64,000 bases of DNA, from IMG/VR virus record IMGVR_UViG_3300020365_000001, one strand, 5' to 3'. The notes under the pieces were generated by a model. The model ran no database searches. It had not been told where the DNA came from and saw nothing but the letters and a program-made list of their open reading frames with translations. This document shows, piece by piece, positions 55,001 through 64,000 of the stretch (positions are counted from its first letter, which is position 1; each line of letters begins with the position of its first letter). This DNA is from a virus (Duplodnaviria > Caudoviricetes). Both the position numbers and the translations under genes were made by a program.

Positions 55001-55822
55001 TTACTTGGTAATAGTGTTACGAGGACCTCGATATCGCTCGTCTAGAATGTTACGTTCTTCATCATCTGGTGCCATGAATACGTTGGGGTCAGGATAGTCT
55101 TCCCAAGTTTTGCCTTCATAGTCAATGATAAGAGGGTTGATGTCCTTCCTCTCACCATACACATGGTAGAAACAGTCGATGTCTGCTCCAGAAGCATTGC
55201 CACCAACATGCTGCAACACAATCTTGGTGTTGTCAAACTCCTTGACAATGATGTCCTGTTGTGCTCCAATAGCAGTAAGAGACACAGTGATACTGTCCTC
55301 ATACACCAGGTTTACCCAGTATTCAGGCAGAGTGATCTCATTGGTGCCAGTCAGTCTGCCACGGTGATACACAGCAACTTCCGGTCCCTCAATACATGCA
55401 TAGCGCAGTCGATGTCCTTCCTTTGTAGGGTGCTGGATATCGAATGACTTACCCAGAGCATCTGCTGTAGCAAATCTACTAGCAAGTCTACCCTTGTTCA
55501 GGCAGTCAACTTTGCCAGTGACATACACATCCCCATCAATATAAACAGCATTTACTGCCTCTTCCCCAATAACCTCAACGTCACCATCAACTTGCAGTGC
55601 CCTGCCTTTGACACCAGACTTGAACTTATCAATGTCCGTGCCAATGTTGACAGTTGCCTTAGCAAATCCACTGTGCTTACCTGCAATGACAGGTCCCGTA
55701 GCAACTAGTGTGCCATTGAAGGGTTTATCACCGTCTAAAGTCTCTTTAGCGGTGTCAAGTTTTGCTGGTTGTTCTCTACCAATATAGACTTTACCAGTCT
55801 CAATGTCCCTAATTCCTGCCAT
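55001..55822 (-). CDS. Tail spike-associated protein with chaperone-like C-terminus
   Basis: KSFDIQHPTK..RLRYACIEGPE..YHRG..LPEYW..VYGERKD. Confidence 0.7.
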   Translation of the reverse strand: MAGIRDIETGKVYIGREQPAKLDTAKETLDGDKPFNGTLVATGPVIAGKHSGFAKATVNIGTDIDKFKSGVKGRALQVDGDVEVIGEEAVNAVYIDGDVYVTGKVDCLNKGRLASRFATADALGKSFDIQHPTKEGHRLRYACIEGPEVAVYHRGRLTGTNEITLPEYWVNLVYEDSITVSLTAIGAQQDIIVKEFDNTKIVLQHVGGNASGADIDCFYHVYGERKDINPLIIDYEGKTWEDYPDPNVFMAPDDEERNILDERYRGPRNTITK

Positions 55823-56352
55823 TATTCTACAAGAGAGTTGATGTAATCGCCCAAGGCGGGCGGGATGAGTTTAGATTGTGGTTCATGGATGCGAACCATG
55901 TCCCCAATAATAATGTTGAATCCTTTTGAGTTAGACAGCAATTTGTCCGCAGCATTGATAGTTACGTTATGTCCTATCAACTTAGTGAAGTTCTTTCCTT
56001 CAAAGTGAACATCATGTTCTGCATGTAAGTAGATGTCACCCGTGCTGGGATCCGTCGCCTTCATGATGATGTCTTTTGCCATCACATTGAAGGTTCCCTT
56101 ACAATCAATATTGATGTCACCCTCAGACTTGATATTGATCGGACCCGCACCTTTTTGGATGAGGTTAGAACCCTTGTCATTTTCAGTGGCACGGAGTTCC
56201 CATCCACCATCTTCAAAGATTCGCAAAGATGCAGCAGATCCAGCAGCGCAAGCGATCTGGGATCGGCGAACTGCTTTTCCTTCCTCTTCCTTGCCGATTC
56301 TAAATGAACCATCCTCAGGATGATTTACAATATATGGTGGGATTTTTGACAT
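55822..56352 (-). CDS. gp5 C-terminal beta-helix-like spike protein
   Basis: 176 aa with short alternating beta repeats, directly after gp5. Confidence 0.55.
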   Translation of the reverse strand: MSKIPPYIVNHPEDGSFRIGKEEEGKAVRRSQIACAAGSAASLRIFEDGGWELRATENDKGSNLIQKGAGPINIKSEGDINIDCKGTFNVMAKDIIMKATDPSTGDIYLHAEHDVHFEGKNFTKLIGHNVTINAADKLLSNSKGFNIIIGDMVRIHEPQSKLIPPALGDYINSLVE

Positions 56353-58538
56353 TAGTACCCTTTAGGACAATCAATAACAGTGATAAGTTTTGCGCTAGGA
56401 ATGATAGGATCTGTATACTCTTTGTAAGGTGTGAACTTGGTGATTGGTTTGATAAATGCACCGAAACCAGTCTTTGTTTTGATTCTCAGTGAAGGAGGTT
56501 CAGACAATCCAAGGTCAGCTTTACCTGTTGCCCCAACAATTCTACCATTTTCAATAACTGGTGTCAATACACCACCATTAGAGGTCTCAATAATATCACC
56601 CTCCTGGTAATTATTTCCAGTATTGAGGACTACAATACCATCAATTTCACCAATAACTTGGTTACCCTCAGATTCATTAGTAATTTCGTCACTTACATCC
56701 AAGGTTCCTCCAGGGAGATAACCATCACCAGGATTAGTAATCACAACATTGACAACCTTGTCGCCATCCATGATAGCGATACCAGTTGCTCCCTTACCAT
56801 TCCTACATTTGTCAACAATACTGACAGCAGGTGTACTATCAAAACCAAGACCAAAGTCTTCCATTGAAGCACCAATAACCTTACCAGTAGAACTGACGAC
56901 TGCTTTAGCAACTGCGCCAAGTCCACCACCACCAAAGAACTCAATGCTTGGCGGTCCACACTCTAGGATGTTAGTCTTACAATTACCAGTAACTTCAGTA
57001 ATACCATCAACAACACTTGACACACCACCAACAATGCTAGCGGTGCTACCACCAAGTGCTGCCAGTTGCTCAGTAGTTCCCTTCAATGTATTGAACTTAG
57101 TCGCCGACTTGCCGAGGTCTCCCAAGAATGGGAACGCATTCTTCAGCAAGTTTGTCGGCGCATCAGCAATATCATCAACACCATCGATACCAATGTTAGA
57201 CAGAAGACCACTGATTGCTTTAGTTCTATCAAAATCAAGAATCTTCTTCGCTTCTGGTCCAATATTGATATTGAAATCAAAGGGTTGAGGTTCACACTCA
57301 GAACCTTCGCAAGACAGCAGTTTCAGAGCAGTTTGTGCTGCACCGGTTGCCTTGTTCATGATGCTGCTAAAATCAGGGATAGAAATCCCACCAATCAGAC
57401 CATTCAGTGCTGCCATCGCAGGACCAATAAGACCCTGAATCTTATTAGTGATACTGCTCATCAATGAACCAATCAACTGCTCAGCAGCACAAAGTGGTAC
57501 GTTGATAATATTACCCAACAATCCTTTCATGAATCCACCAATCATGTCTCTCAGACCGTTGATGACATTCTCCATCAAACAATAGATAATATCTTTCTGC
57601 TTCTTCAGTTCTAACTTCTTGATTAGGTTATCAGGTTCCAAGAAAGTTAGAACATTACCTACCTTCTCATCAATCTCTTTGAATAGGTCTGCACGTGCTC
57701 TACGAACAAGACCGGAGAAGTTGCCCGCCATTCTGAGAGATGTATCATCAATCAGATTCTCAATGTTGAACGGTTTATTCAGGTTCTTATCAATCCACCC
57801 GGTTGCGGTTTGCTCCAACCCACCAACAACATCAACAAAGGTCGCCAATGCCTTTGCGACATCACCCATGGCAGACTTAGGAACGTCGCACTTTACAGGT
57901 CTACGAATTTCAACCGGTTGATCAGCAATATATCGAGAAACACTTTCACCTAGTTGCTCATCCCCTTTTGGATTAGGTTCACCTTTAGGTTCAATAGGAA
58001 CTTTTTCATCATTAGTTGGAATTCCACCTGCCCGCAAAGGTTCAGAATCACCAGTTGGTTTAGATGTTGAACCCAACTCAGACTCTGATCCACCTTTTGT
58101 AAGAGACGGGTCAACTGTAATTGGTGAGAATCCAGAAGTACCTTCGGAAAGAACATCGTCCCAATCCTTCACATCCTTGATAAAAGAGTGCTGATATAAA
58201 GCACCCATAACCACTGGTTGTTGACCATCTTCCCCATCAAGGAAGAAACCAAAAACAGTTTCTCCACCTTGTAAGAAATTACTTACACCAGCATAGTTTA
58301 CACCGGCACCTGAGGTAGGTGGAACAAGGATATGTGCCCATGGAAGTTCTTCATCCTTTACATCATTTGATGCAGGATGCTTCCCAAGAATTCTTACTTT
58401 AGTACGATAACCAAATTTCCTAGATTGTTTATCCGCAGGAAATGAACGCCAGGCAGGATCTGTAGTTACCTGCCCGACAAACCAATGGAAACCATCGCGT
58501 CCAAGTCTTTTGGATTCAATCAGTTTATTCTCAAGCAT
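56352..58538 (-). CDS. gp5: Baseplate hub subunit gp5 (N-terminal OB-fold)
   Basis: FHWFVGQV, RTKVRILGKH, LPWA, VFGFFLDGEDGQQPVVMG. Confidence 0.85.
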   Translation of the reverse strand: MLENKLIESKRLGRDGFHWFVGQVTTDPAWRSFPADKQSRKFGYRTKVRILGKHPASNDVKDEELPWAHILVPPTSGAGVNYAGVSNFLQGGETVFGFFLDGEDGQQPVVMGALYQHSFIKDVKDWDDVLSEGTSGFSPITVDPSLTKGGSESELGSTSKPTGDSEPLRAGGIPTNDEKVPIEPKGEPNPKGDEQLGESVSRYIADQPVEIRRPVKCDVPKSAMGDVAKALATFVDVVGGLEQTATGWIDKNLNKPFNIENLIDDTSLRMAGNFSGLVRRARADLFKEIDEKVGNVLTFLEPDNLIKKLELKKQKDIIYCLMENVINGLRDMIGGFMKGLLGNIINVPLCAAEQLIGSLMSSITNKIQGLIGPAMAALNGLIGGISIPDFSSIMNKATGAAQTALKLLSCEGSECEPQPFDFNINIGPEAKKILDFDRTKAISGLLSNIGIDGVDDIADAPTNLLKNAFPFLGDLGKSATKFNTLKGTTEQLAALGGSTASIVGGVSSVVDGITEVTGNCKTNILECGPPSIEFFGGGGLGAVAKAVVSSTGKVIGASMEDFGLGFDSTPAVSIVDKCRNGKGATGIAIMDGDKVVNVVITNPGDGYLPGGTLDVSDEITNESEGNQVIGEIDGIVVLNTGNNYQEGDIIETSNGGVLTPVIENGRIVGATGKADLGLSEPPSLRIKTKTGFGAFIKPITKFTPYKEYTDPIIPSAKLITVIDCPKGY

Positions 58539-58750
58539 TACTCGTCATACACACGACATTCCAGGGCATCTGGATGATTGTCACAATATTCTTCAAGAAC
58601 TTTGTCTGAATGGCGTTGCTTCCATCCATCATCATCTTCCCCTTCATGCTTGTCCATAAAACCATGCATCTTGAGGTCTTCTTCGGAATATTCCAGCATG
58701 CCATGATTGACGTGCTCTTTACCGTCTTTGTCAATGAATGCGTTACTCAT
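58538..58750 (-). CDS. cp12: CP12 Calvin-cycle inhibitor (auxiliary metabolic gene)
   Basis: 70 aa from MSNAF; C-terminal LEEYCDNHPDALECRVYDE. Confidence 0.9.
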   Translation of the reverse strand: MSNAFIDKDGKEHVNHGMLEYSEEDLKMHGFMDKHEGEDDDGWKQRHSDKVLEEYCDNHPDALECRVYDE

Positions 58751-60023
58751 TAGAATAGAATGCGAATGAATCTCTAACAATGTAAAGTCCAGTAAAAGCA
58801 CCTTGTGGTCCACCCATCTCGTGTGCGAGTGAGAATACCATGTAGTTACCAGAGGACGGGTTTACACCTTCCTTATTCTTCTCAGTATTTAGGTTCGGGA
58901 ATTTGAAGTTCAACATGCTCCCAACTTGAATACTAAGATTCAAAGGTATTGTAACCTTTACAAATTCAGACATCAAAGACTGATACCTAGCAGATGCATG
59001 TGCTTGTCTCCAAGACACAGTTTCTGCTATAGTTTTCAGATCAGGAGTGTCTGACATTGCCCCCACGTCCAGAGCAGTTGTATATATCCTAGAAAACTTC
59101 TCATCAATTTTGTTTGGAACATACTGATCTTCGTTTGCACTAGGCAGTTTACTATCTTTGTAACTGTACTCTACAAAGTGTGGGGTTCGGTCAAGTATAT
59201 TATAGTACCAGTTTGCCGATTTGTATTGTCCCTCCATGAGTTTTTTGATGATATCATGACTTGTTATGAACTCAGGCGAACTAACCAGGGAAAAATTATT
59301 GACTTCAGCAGCAGACTTAGCAGCTGCCTTTATATACGACTCCTCCACCTCTCTCTTGAGTGCTTTGTCAACTGAGAAAAACCTATATCCACTGCGTTCA
59401 GTCTCTGCTAAGAAATAACCAGCACTACCTTTTTCAGGAGAAGTTTTTCCTTCAACATCTCCAACAGTCTTTGCAGATAACCTACTGATACACTCAAGAG
59501 GTCTCATGTAATTACCCATGAAATCATAGGTATTTGAACTTTCATCTACAATATCAATTCGATCGCTCTTTACCTCCAAAACTTCTTTGAAGATTTTTTC
59601 GACACTATCAGAAATCTTACCTTTATATTTCTTGAAGACACGTGTTGTCTGATTACTCAGTGTAGTTTGAGTAACACATTCAAAACCAAATAGTTCTCTT
59701 TTCGCATCAGAGAATGTAGAAATTATATTACTGATTATCAGTTCATTATTTTTACTCTTAGAAAACTCAAATGGTTCATCAATACTGGGGTGTTCAATAA
59801 CAAGCTCTACCTCTTGACCGCTACGGAGGGGTGCTGACGCTCGGAATCCTATCGCATCAGCAAACACAAAAGATACTGTCAGAGTGTTACCTGCACTCTC
59901 CTCATATCTGATTGCTAGAGATTGTCCCACCAAAGACTGAAGAGACCTAGCTCCATCGTCCGTAACAACGTTCAGTTTCTTGATGACAAAATCTTTAGAC
60001 CAACGCTTGTTCCTATTCTTCAT
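58743..60023 (-). CDS. Tail/baseplate hub protein (gp27-like)
   Basis: 426 aa; N-Y-FMGN..P, SAGYF..ET..GYRFFSVD, SGNYMV..LAH. Confidence 0.7.
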   Translation of the reverse strand: MKNRNKRWSKDFVIKKLNVVTDDGARSLQSLVGQSLAIRYEESAGNTLTVSFVFADAIGFRASAPLRSGQEVELVIEHPSIDEPFEFSKSKNNELIISNIISTFSDAKRELFGFECVTQTTLSNQTTRVFKKYKGKISDSVEKIFKEVLEVKSDRIDIVDESSNTYDFMGNYMRPLECISRLSAKTVGDVEGKTSPEKGSAGYFLAETERSGYRFFSVDKALKREVEESYIKAAAKSAAEVNNFSLVSSPEFITSHDIIKKLMEGQYKSANWYYNILDRTPHFVEYSYKDSKLPSANEDQYVPNKIDEKFSRIYTTALDVGAMSDTPDLKTIAETVSWRQAHASARYQSLMSEFVKVTIPLNLSIQVGSMLNFKFPNLNTEKNKEGVNPSSGNYMVFSLAHEMGGPQGAFTGLYIVRDSFAFYSNE

Positions 60024-61987
60024 TAGTTTAGAATATCCAGATAAGAATAGGTGTCTATTCCATATTTATTGGCACCAAAAGCACCAAAGGGAAGAACTGC
60101 TGAATCGTCAGATGATTCAGATGCCTGATTCTGTTCTCCACCTTGATCTACCATCTCTTGGGGTTTGAATAGCAGTTCTGGCAACAAAAATAATGGTGCA
60201 AGTATACTATTCATATCATTACCACCACCAGTTTTAGACTTTGAAAAAGGATTGATGCGGTCTAAGAAGTTTCTCATCAACCCACTTCCAGATTGTTGTG
60301 CTTCTTCTGCCCTACGTTGAGAAAGGGGTCCTTGAATGTCCCTTCTTAGTTGATCCGCAGCTCTTTGAGATCTGATATTATCAACTCCCCGTCCTTTGTC
60401 AAGGAGTGAATCTCTTATTGCATCAAGTCTGCCTCGGAATCTATTGAACATATCTCTCACTGTTTCCCTTTTACCCATCGGTGCATCATCTATCGCTCTG
60501 AAAAGATCATTCACTCCACTAGGTTTCTCAGGAACTTGAGGTTGAGTTGTTTTTGTTGGTTTTCGTGGTTTACCAAAAATTGTGTCCATAGTGCGCTGAG
60601 TTTGGGCAGATGGCACTTGGAATTGTGATGGTTTTATTTTAGGATCAACTATTCTAGTGTTGACAGACGTATTTCCTCTGACATTACCTCCTCGTCGAGT
60701 CATCCCCCGAATCATACTACCAGTAATAGGTAACTGATTGAGTACGTCTTGTGCGACAAGGAAACCACCTATGAATGGATTATCAAGGGTCTTCTGTGTA
60801 TATTCCCTACGAAGTGCAGTTTCTTCATTAGAGATAAATCGAAACCTAGGAAGAGACCTATTGGGATCAAATATTCCCGGACGCCGGGACATAATCAACC
60901 GACCATAAGGAGTATCTACCGTTTGAGTCTCCCCACCACTATCAACAAATGCTTTTCTCATGTCAGGAATAAAATTCCCAACTTCTGCCGGAATTGCTTT
61001 CCTTTGTATTGCTGCTAACTGCTCCTGAAAAGAAGGTGGTGTCTCGGGTGTTGGTTTTGATGCAGTCTGTCCACTAGGATCCGCAGGGGGTTCTCCTTTA
61101 GGTTCTGGTTTATTCAACATCTCGAAGATCAGGGGAAGACCAGTAACATCACCAGTTCTATCATCATCCCCAAACAGAAGATTTTCTAATTTAGTAACTG
61201 CTTCATCATAATCCTTATTTGACCCTTTCATTTTAGTGGGTCCAGATAGTCTAGCTTTTTGAATCTCTAATTGTCTACGTTTATCTGCACTCTGCCCGAC
61301 ACCAGTAAGACTATCTGAAATGTTGGCACCTAGAGATGCTCCAGTAAAACTACCAAGCAGACCACCCAGAACACCACCAATAGCAGCACCAGGAACAGCA
61401 CCAACTCCACCAAAAAGTGCGCCAATAGATCCACCAAGTAAAGCACCACCTTTGGCACCAGCAGCCATACCTGCCAAACCACCTGCTGTTGTGCTAAGTG
61501 CACCACTAACTGCCTGTGTTTGTGTCTGACCCTCTGACAGTCTCATTCCATAATCAACACCCGTCAATGCTGTAGTGGCAACAGCGTTGAATCTGCCCAT
61601 TCGCAGACCACCACGCAAACCACCCCTACCAGGAACTCTGCTCCTAGGTCCAGGAACAATTCTGTTTCCAGGTTTTACTCTACCACCACCAGGACCAGGA
61701 CGACCACCGCGACCAGGACGACCACCAGGACCACCACGACCACCCCTAATTTTACGAAGAAGACCAGCACCCGCAGCACCCAGTCCAAGAGTGCCTAATA
61801 AAGAACCAGGAGAAAATGGATTCTTCTGATCTTCCTGTGCTTTTTTTAGATCTTTCCTAAAACTTTTATAAACTTCTTCTCTTTTTTTAGAAAGTTTTTC
61901 TCTCGCTGCAAGGTTCCTCTGCTCACCTTGGTGAACAACTTGATTGCGGCGAATTATTAGTTGAGATACTGCTACAATATTCTGCAT
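60023..61987 (-). CDS. Tail-associated protein with RGG-rich and glycine-zipper segments
   Basis: 654 aa; GGRGGPGGRPG, GAAIGGVLGGLLG. Confidence 0.6.
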   Translation of the reverse strand: MQNIVAVSQLIIRRNQVVHQGEQRNLAAREKLSKKREEVYKSFRKDLKKAQEDQKNPFSPGSLLGTLGLGAAGAGLLRKIRGGRGGPGGRPGRGGRPGPGGGRVKPGNRIVPGPRSRVPGRGGLRGGLRMGRFNAVATTALTGVDYGMRLSEGQTQTQAVSGALSTTAGGLAGMAAGAKGGALLGGSIGALFGGVGAVPGAAIGGVLGGLLGSFTGASLGANISDSLTGVGQSADKRRQLEIQKARLSGPTKMKGSNKDYDEAVTKLENLLFGDDDRTGDVTGLPLIFEMLNKPEPKGEPPADPSGQTASKPTPETPPSFQEQLAAIQRKAIPAEVGNFIPDMRKAFVDSGGETQTVDTPYGRLIMSRRPGIFDPNRSLPRFRFISNEETALRREYTQKTLDNPFIGGFLVAQDVLNQLPITGSMIRGMTRRGGNVRGNTSVNTRIVDPKIKPSQFQVPSAQTQRTMDTIFGKPRKPTKTTQPQVPEKPSGVNDLFRAIDDAPMGKRETVRDMFNRFRGRLDAIRDSLLDKGRGVDNIRSQRAADQLRRDIQGPLSQRRAEEAQQSGSGLMRNFLDRINPFSKSKTGGGNDMNSILAPLFLLPELLFKPQEMVDQGGEQNQASESSDDSAVLPFGAFGANKYGIDTYSYLDILN

Positions 61988-61988
61988 A

Positions 61989-63740
61989 TTACGTTACCAA
62001 CAAAGATGGGGAATTGTAATTAGACAGAAGACTCAAATTCGCGATAGCATTACCAGTACCAGTAAAAGAAACTGCCTCTACTTTTACATCACCATTACTT
62101 GGTGGAGGAGCAGCACCTTGAATGGGTGTTGGTGGAGGAATTGCCGATGCCACATCCCCACTCGGAAGGATTGGCAATGATGATTGTAAATCCTCTTCTG
62201 TTGGAGCTTGTTCAGTCTCTAATGCTGGGGGGTCAATATTAGCAGGAGAATAATTCTCCGGTCGAACATCATCGACTTGCTGCGAACGAGGTTCTAATGA
62301 TGTAGGAGAAATATCAAAAACAAGACCGCCCAATGGCATGTCGAACTTTCTATCATCACCATGTCCAGTTTTAGTGAGTATCTTACCACTAGCATCTCTA
62401 GTTTGAACAGATGCACCATAACCTGAACTCTCATTATATACTAAGGATCTTCCTCCTAAAGTTGGCACCAATATTTCAGCATTTTCAGCACTGTCACCAA
62501 AACGATCCTCATTCGCTTTATTGATATAGTAATCAATACTATTGAAGTCACTGTGTAAACTATGTGAGTGAGCAGCAAAACTATCGTTTAGCAGTTTTAC
62601 TTTCTCATCATAAGTCATATCACTACTATATCTTCTACCTGCTACTGCCGTATTTGACATCTCCATTGTTCTACCTTGCGCTTCATATCCTGCTGCAAGT
62701 TGATCCATCATTTTGACAACATCTTCCATCGGAAGATCTTTATTGAATTTCGTATCCACATGATATGAATTTCTACCATCAGGGGTAGGTAACATACCAA
62801 TAGATTCCTCAGGTCCAGTAAGTAATCCAGACCTGAACGCTTTGGTTTCACTAGCATTACCATATATTTTGGTTCCATCCGGATCCTGATAAGGATCTCT
62901 TTCTCCTTTCTTGGTAGATTTATCTTCCCCTTTACCGTCTACTAATTCTTCTCCTTTCTTAGAAGATTTATCTTTTTCATCTTCTCCCAGAGTCAATCCA
63001 GCAAGTCTATCTAAAGCTCTACTAAATCTTCTAGATATTGATCCAAATCTTTCAACATCACCTTGATTGATAATATTCTCGCCTGCAATTCCTTCTCTCA
63101 AGAATTGCCCACGTTTTTGATCAGCTGGTTGCTGTCCACCGGACATGGAACCAAGTGCCATTGCTCCTAGAGCAAGTAGTGCCATGATACCACCGGCACG
63201 TCCTCCTCCACCCATTCTACCTCCACGAGGAATTCCCCCTCCGGCTCTTACACCACCTTGTGGTACCCTTCCTCCACCTCTGTTACCACCAGAAACCGCC
63301 CTGATGCCGAGTATAGTGGCAACCCCTCCTGCTATCTCTGGGAGATAAGAAAGTGCGGCAGTGCCAGCATCAACAGCAGCATTACCAAAATCACCCTTGG
63401 TAAGGTTGAGGATTGCAGAAACAAATGATACTTTGCCAATAAAATCCCTGATACCAAAGAAACTAGTCTTCAGTAGTTCTAGGTTTTTTTGATCTTTTTT
63501 GACAATTTTAGCTTCTCTATTCAGTTCTCTTCGTCTTAGTCTAATATCTTTCTGAAGTTCCCTACGGGTAGCTTTCATGCTGGCATCCATTCTCTCCATA
63601 TCCAGGAGAATGCTACCAAGTCTTCTAGTTACCTTAGTCTGATTATCAACAACCGAATCAGCAGTTTCTTGTGCACGACTTACCTCGCTCTGTATAGGAG
63701 CAAGTAAGGGTGTTACTGCTGTGACGGTGTTGCTATCCAT
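61989..63740 (-). CDS. Tail-associated protein with M23 peptidase-like domain
   Basis: 583 aa; N-terminal coiled coil, HSH..NSIDY, SGYG..V..TKTGH. Confidence 0.55.
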   Translation of the reverse strand: MDSNTVTAVTPLLAPIQSEVSRAQETADSVVDNQTKVTRRLGSILLDMERMDASMKATRRELQKDIRLRRRELNREAKIVKKDQKNLELLKTSFFGIRDFIGKVSFVSAILNLTKGDFGNAAVDAGTAALSYLPEIAGGVATILGIRAVSGGNRGGGRVPQGGVRAGGGIPRGGRMGGGGRAGGIMALLALGAMALGSMSGGQQPADQKRGQFLREGIAGENIINQGDVERFGSISRRFSRALDRLAGLTLGEDEKDKSSKKGEELVDGKGEDKSTKKGERDPYQDPDGTKIYGNASETKAFRSGLLTGPEESIGMLPTPDGRNSYHVDTKFNKDLPMEDVVKMMDQLAAGYEAQGRTMEMSNTAVAGRRYSSDMTYDEKVKLLNDSFAAHSHSLHSDFNSIDYYINKANEDRFGDSAENAEILVPTLGGRSLVYNESSGYGASVQTRDASGKILTKTGHGDDRKFDMPLGGLVFDISPTSLEPRSQQVDDVRPENYSPANIDPPALETEQAPTEEDLQSSLPILPSGDVASAIPPPTPIQGAAPPPSNGDVKVEAVSFTGTGNAIANLSLLSNYNSPSLLVT

Positions 63741-63909
63741 TAGCGTTTTGTATCTCTAACTTTTGCTTTTCTAAGAAGTTTGACAGGTATTTTACATATA
63801 CCTCTCGTTCCCATGGTATAAGACTTTCAATATCACTTAGCGACCAATGATGATGCTGCAACAATGCAAAGTTTACTTCCATATGTGCATCAATCGTCGT
63901 ATGGTACAT
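63733..63909 (-). CDS. gp51: Baseplate hub assembly catalyst gp51-like
   Basis: Not in track; NFALLQHHHWSLSDIESLIPWEREVYV. Confidence 0.85.
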   Translation of the reverse strand: MYHTTIDAHMEVNFALLQHHHWSLSDIESLIPWEREVYVKYLSNFLEKQKLEIQNANG

Positions 63910-63911
63910 CA

Positions 63912-64000
63912 TTATCCGAAAAAATTTGCCATACCCTCAATAACAACTTTAGTTTCTACTCCTGTGTTAGGATTTTTGACACTACCCTCATATTTCAAAC
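63912..64000 (-). CDS. gp26: Baseplate hub subunit gp26-like, C-terminal end
   Basis: ...VKNPNTGVETKVVIEGMANFFG* upstream of gp51. Confidence 0.8.
   Translation of the reverse strand, partial: LKYEGSVKNPNTGVETKVVIEGMANFFG

Noticed and set aside
58531-58813. Track ORFs 58531-58734 and the extended 58538-58813 start
   Set aside because: The first is an alternative frame over cp12; the extension overlaps the upstream gene, so the ATG at 58750 is preferred.
1-64000. Prophage, IS element, intron or homing endonuclease
   Set aside because: No integrase, transposase, HNH/GIY-YIG motif or host housekeeping genes were recognised.

Overview
This is a 64-kb segment of a lytic T4-like cyanobacterial myovirus genome (Kyanoviridae-type; markers are gp6/7/8/25, gp5, gp26/gp51, cobS, cp12 and TAAATA late promoters). 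Layout: baseplate wedge genes (1-15.4 kb, minus strand); an island of glycan-modifying-type enzymes (glycosyltransferase-like, carbamoyltransferase, 2 sulfotransferase-like, 4 SGNH paralogues; 15.6-23.3 kb); a ~780-bp structured non-coding region (24.0-24.8 kb); an early region of small ORFs behind a repeated palindromic promoter motif (24.8-35.2 kb); a kdsB/SIS-HAD sugar cluster; tail fibres; and tail hub genes with cp12. The most striking observation combines three things. The phage carries an intact PD-(D/E)xK nuclease that I recognise from memory as MseI-like (cuts TTAA). Its translationally coupled methyltransferase has lost its catalytic motifs. I found no TTAA in any stretch I scanned by eye, although several hundred would be expected in the window. 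This suggests a phage 4-cutter aimed at host or competitor DNA, with self-protection by site avoidance instead of methylation. Family assignments come from motifs read by eye; no database searches were run.
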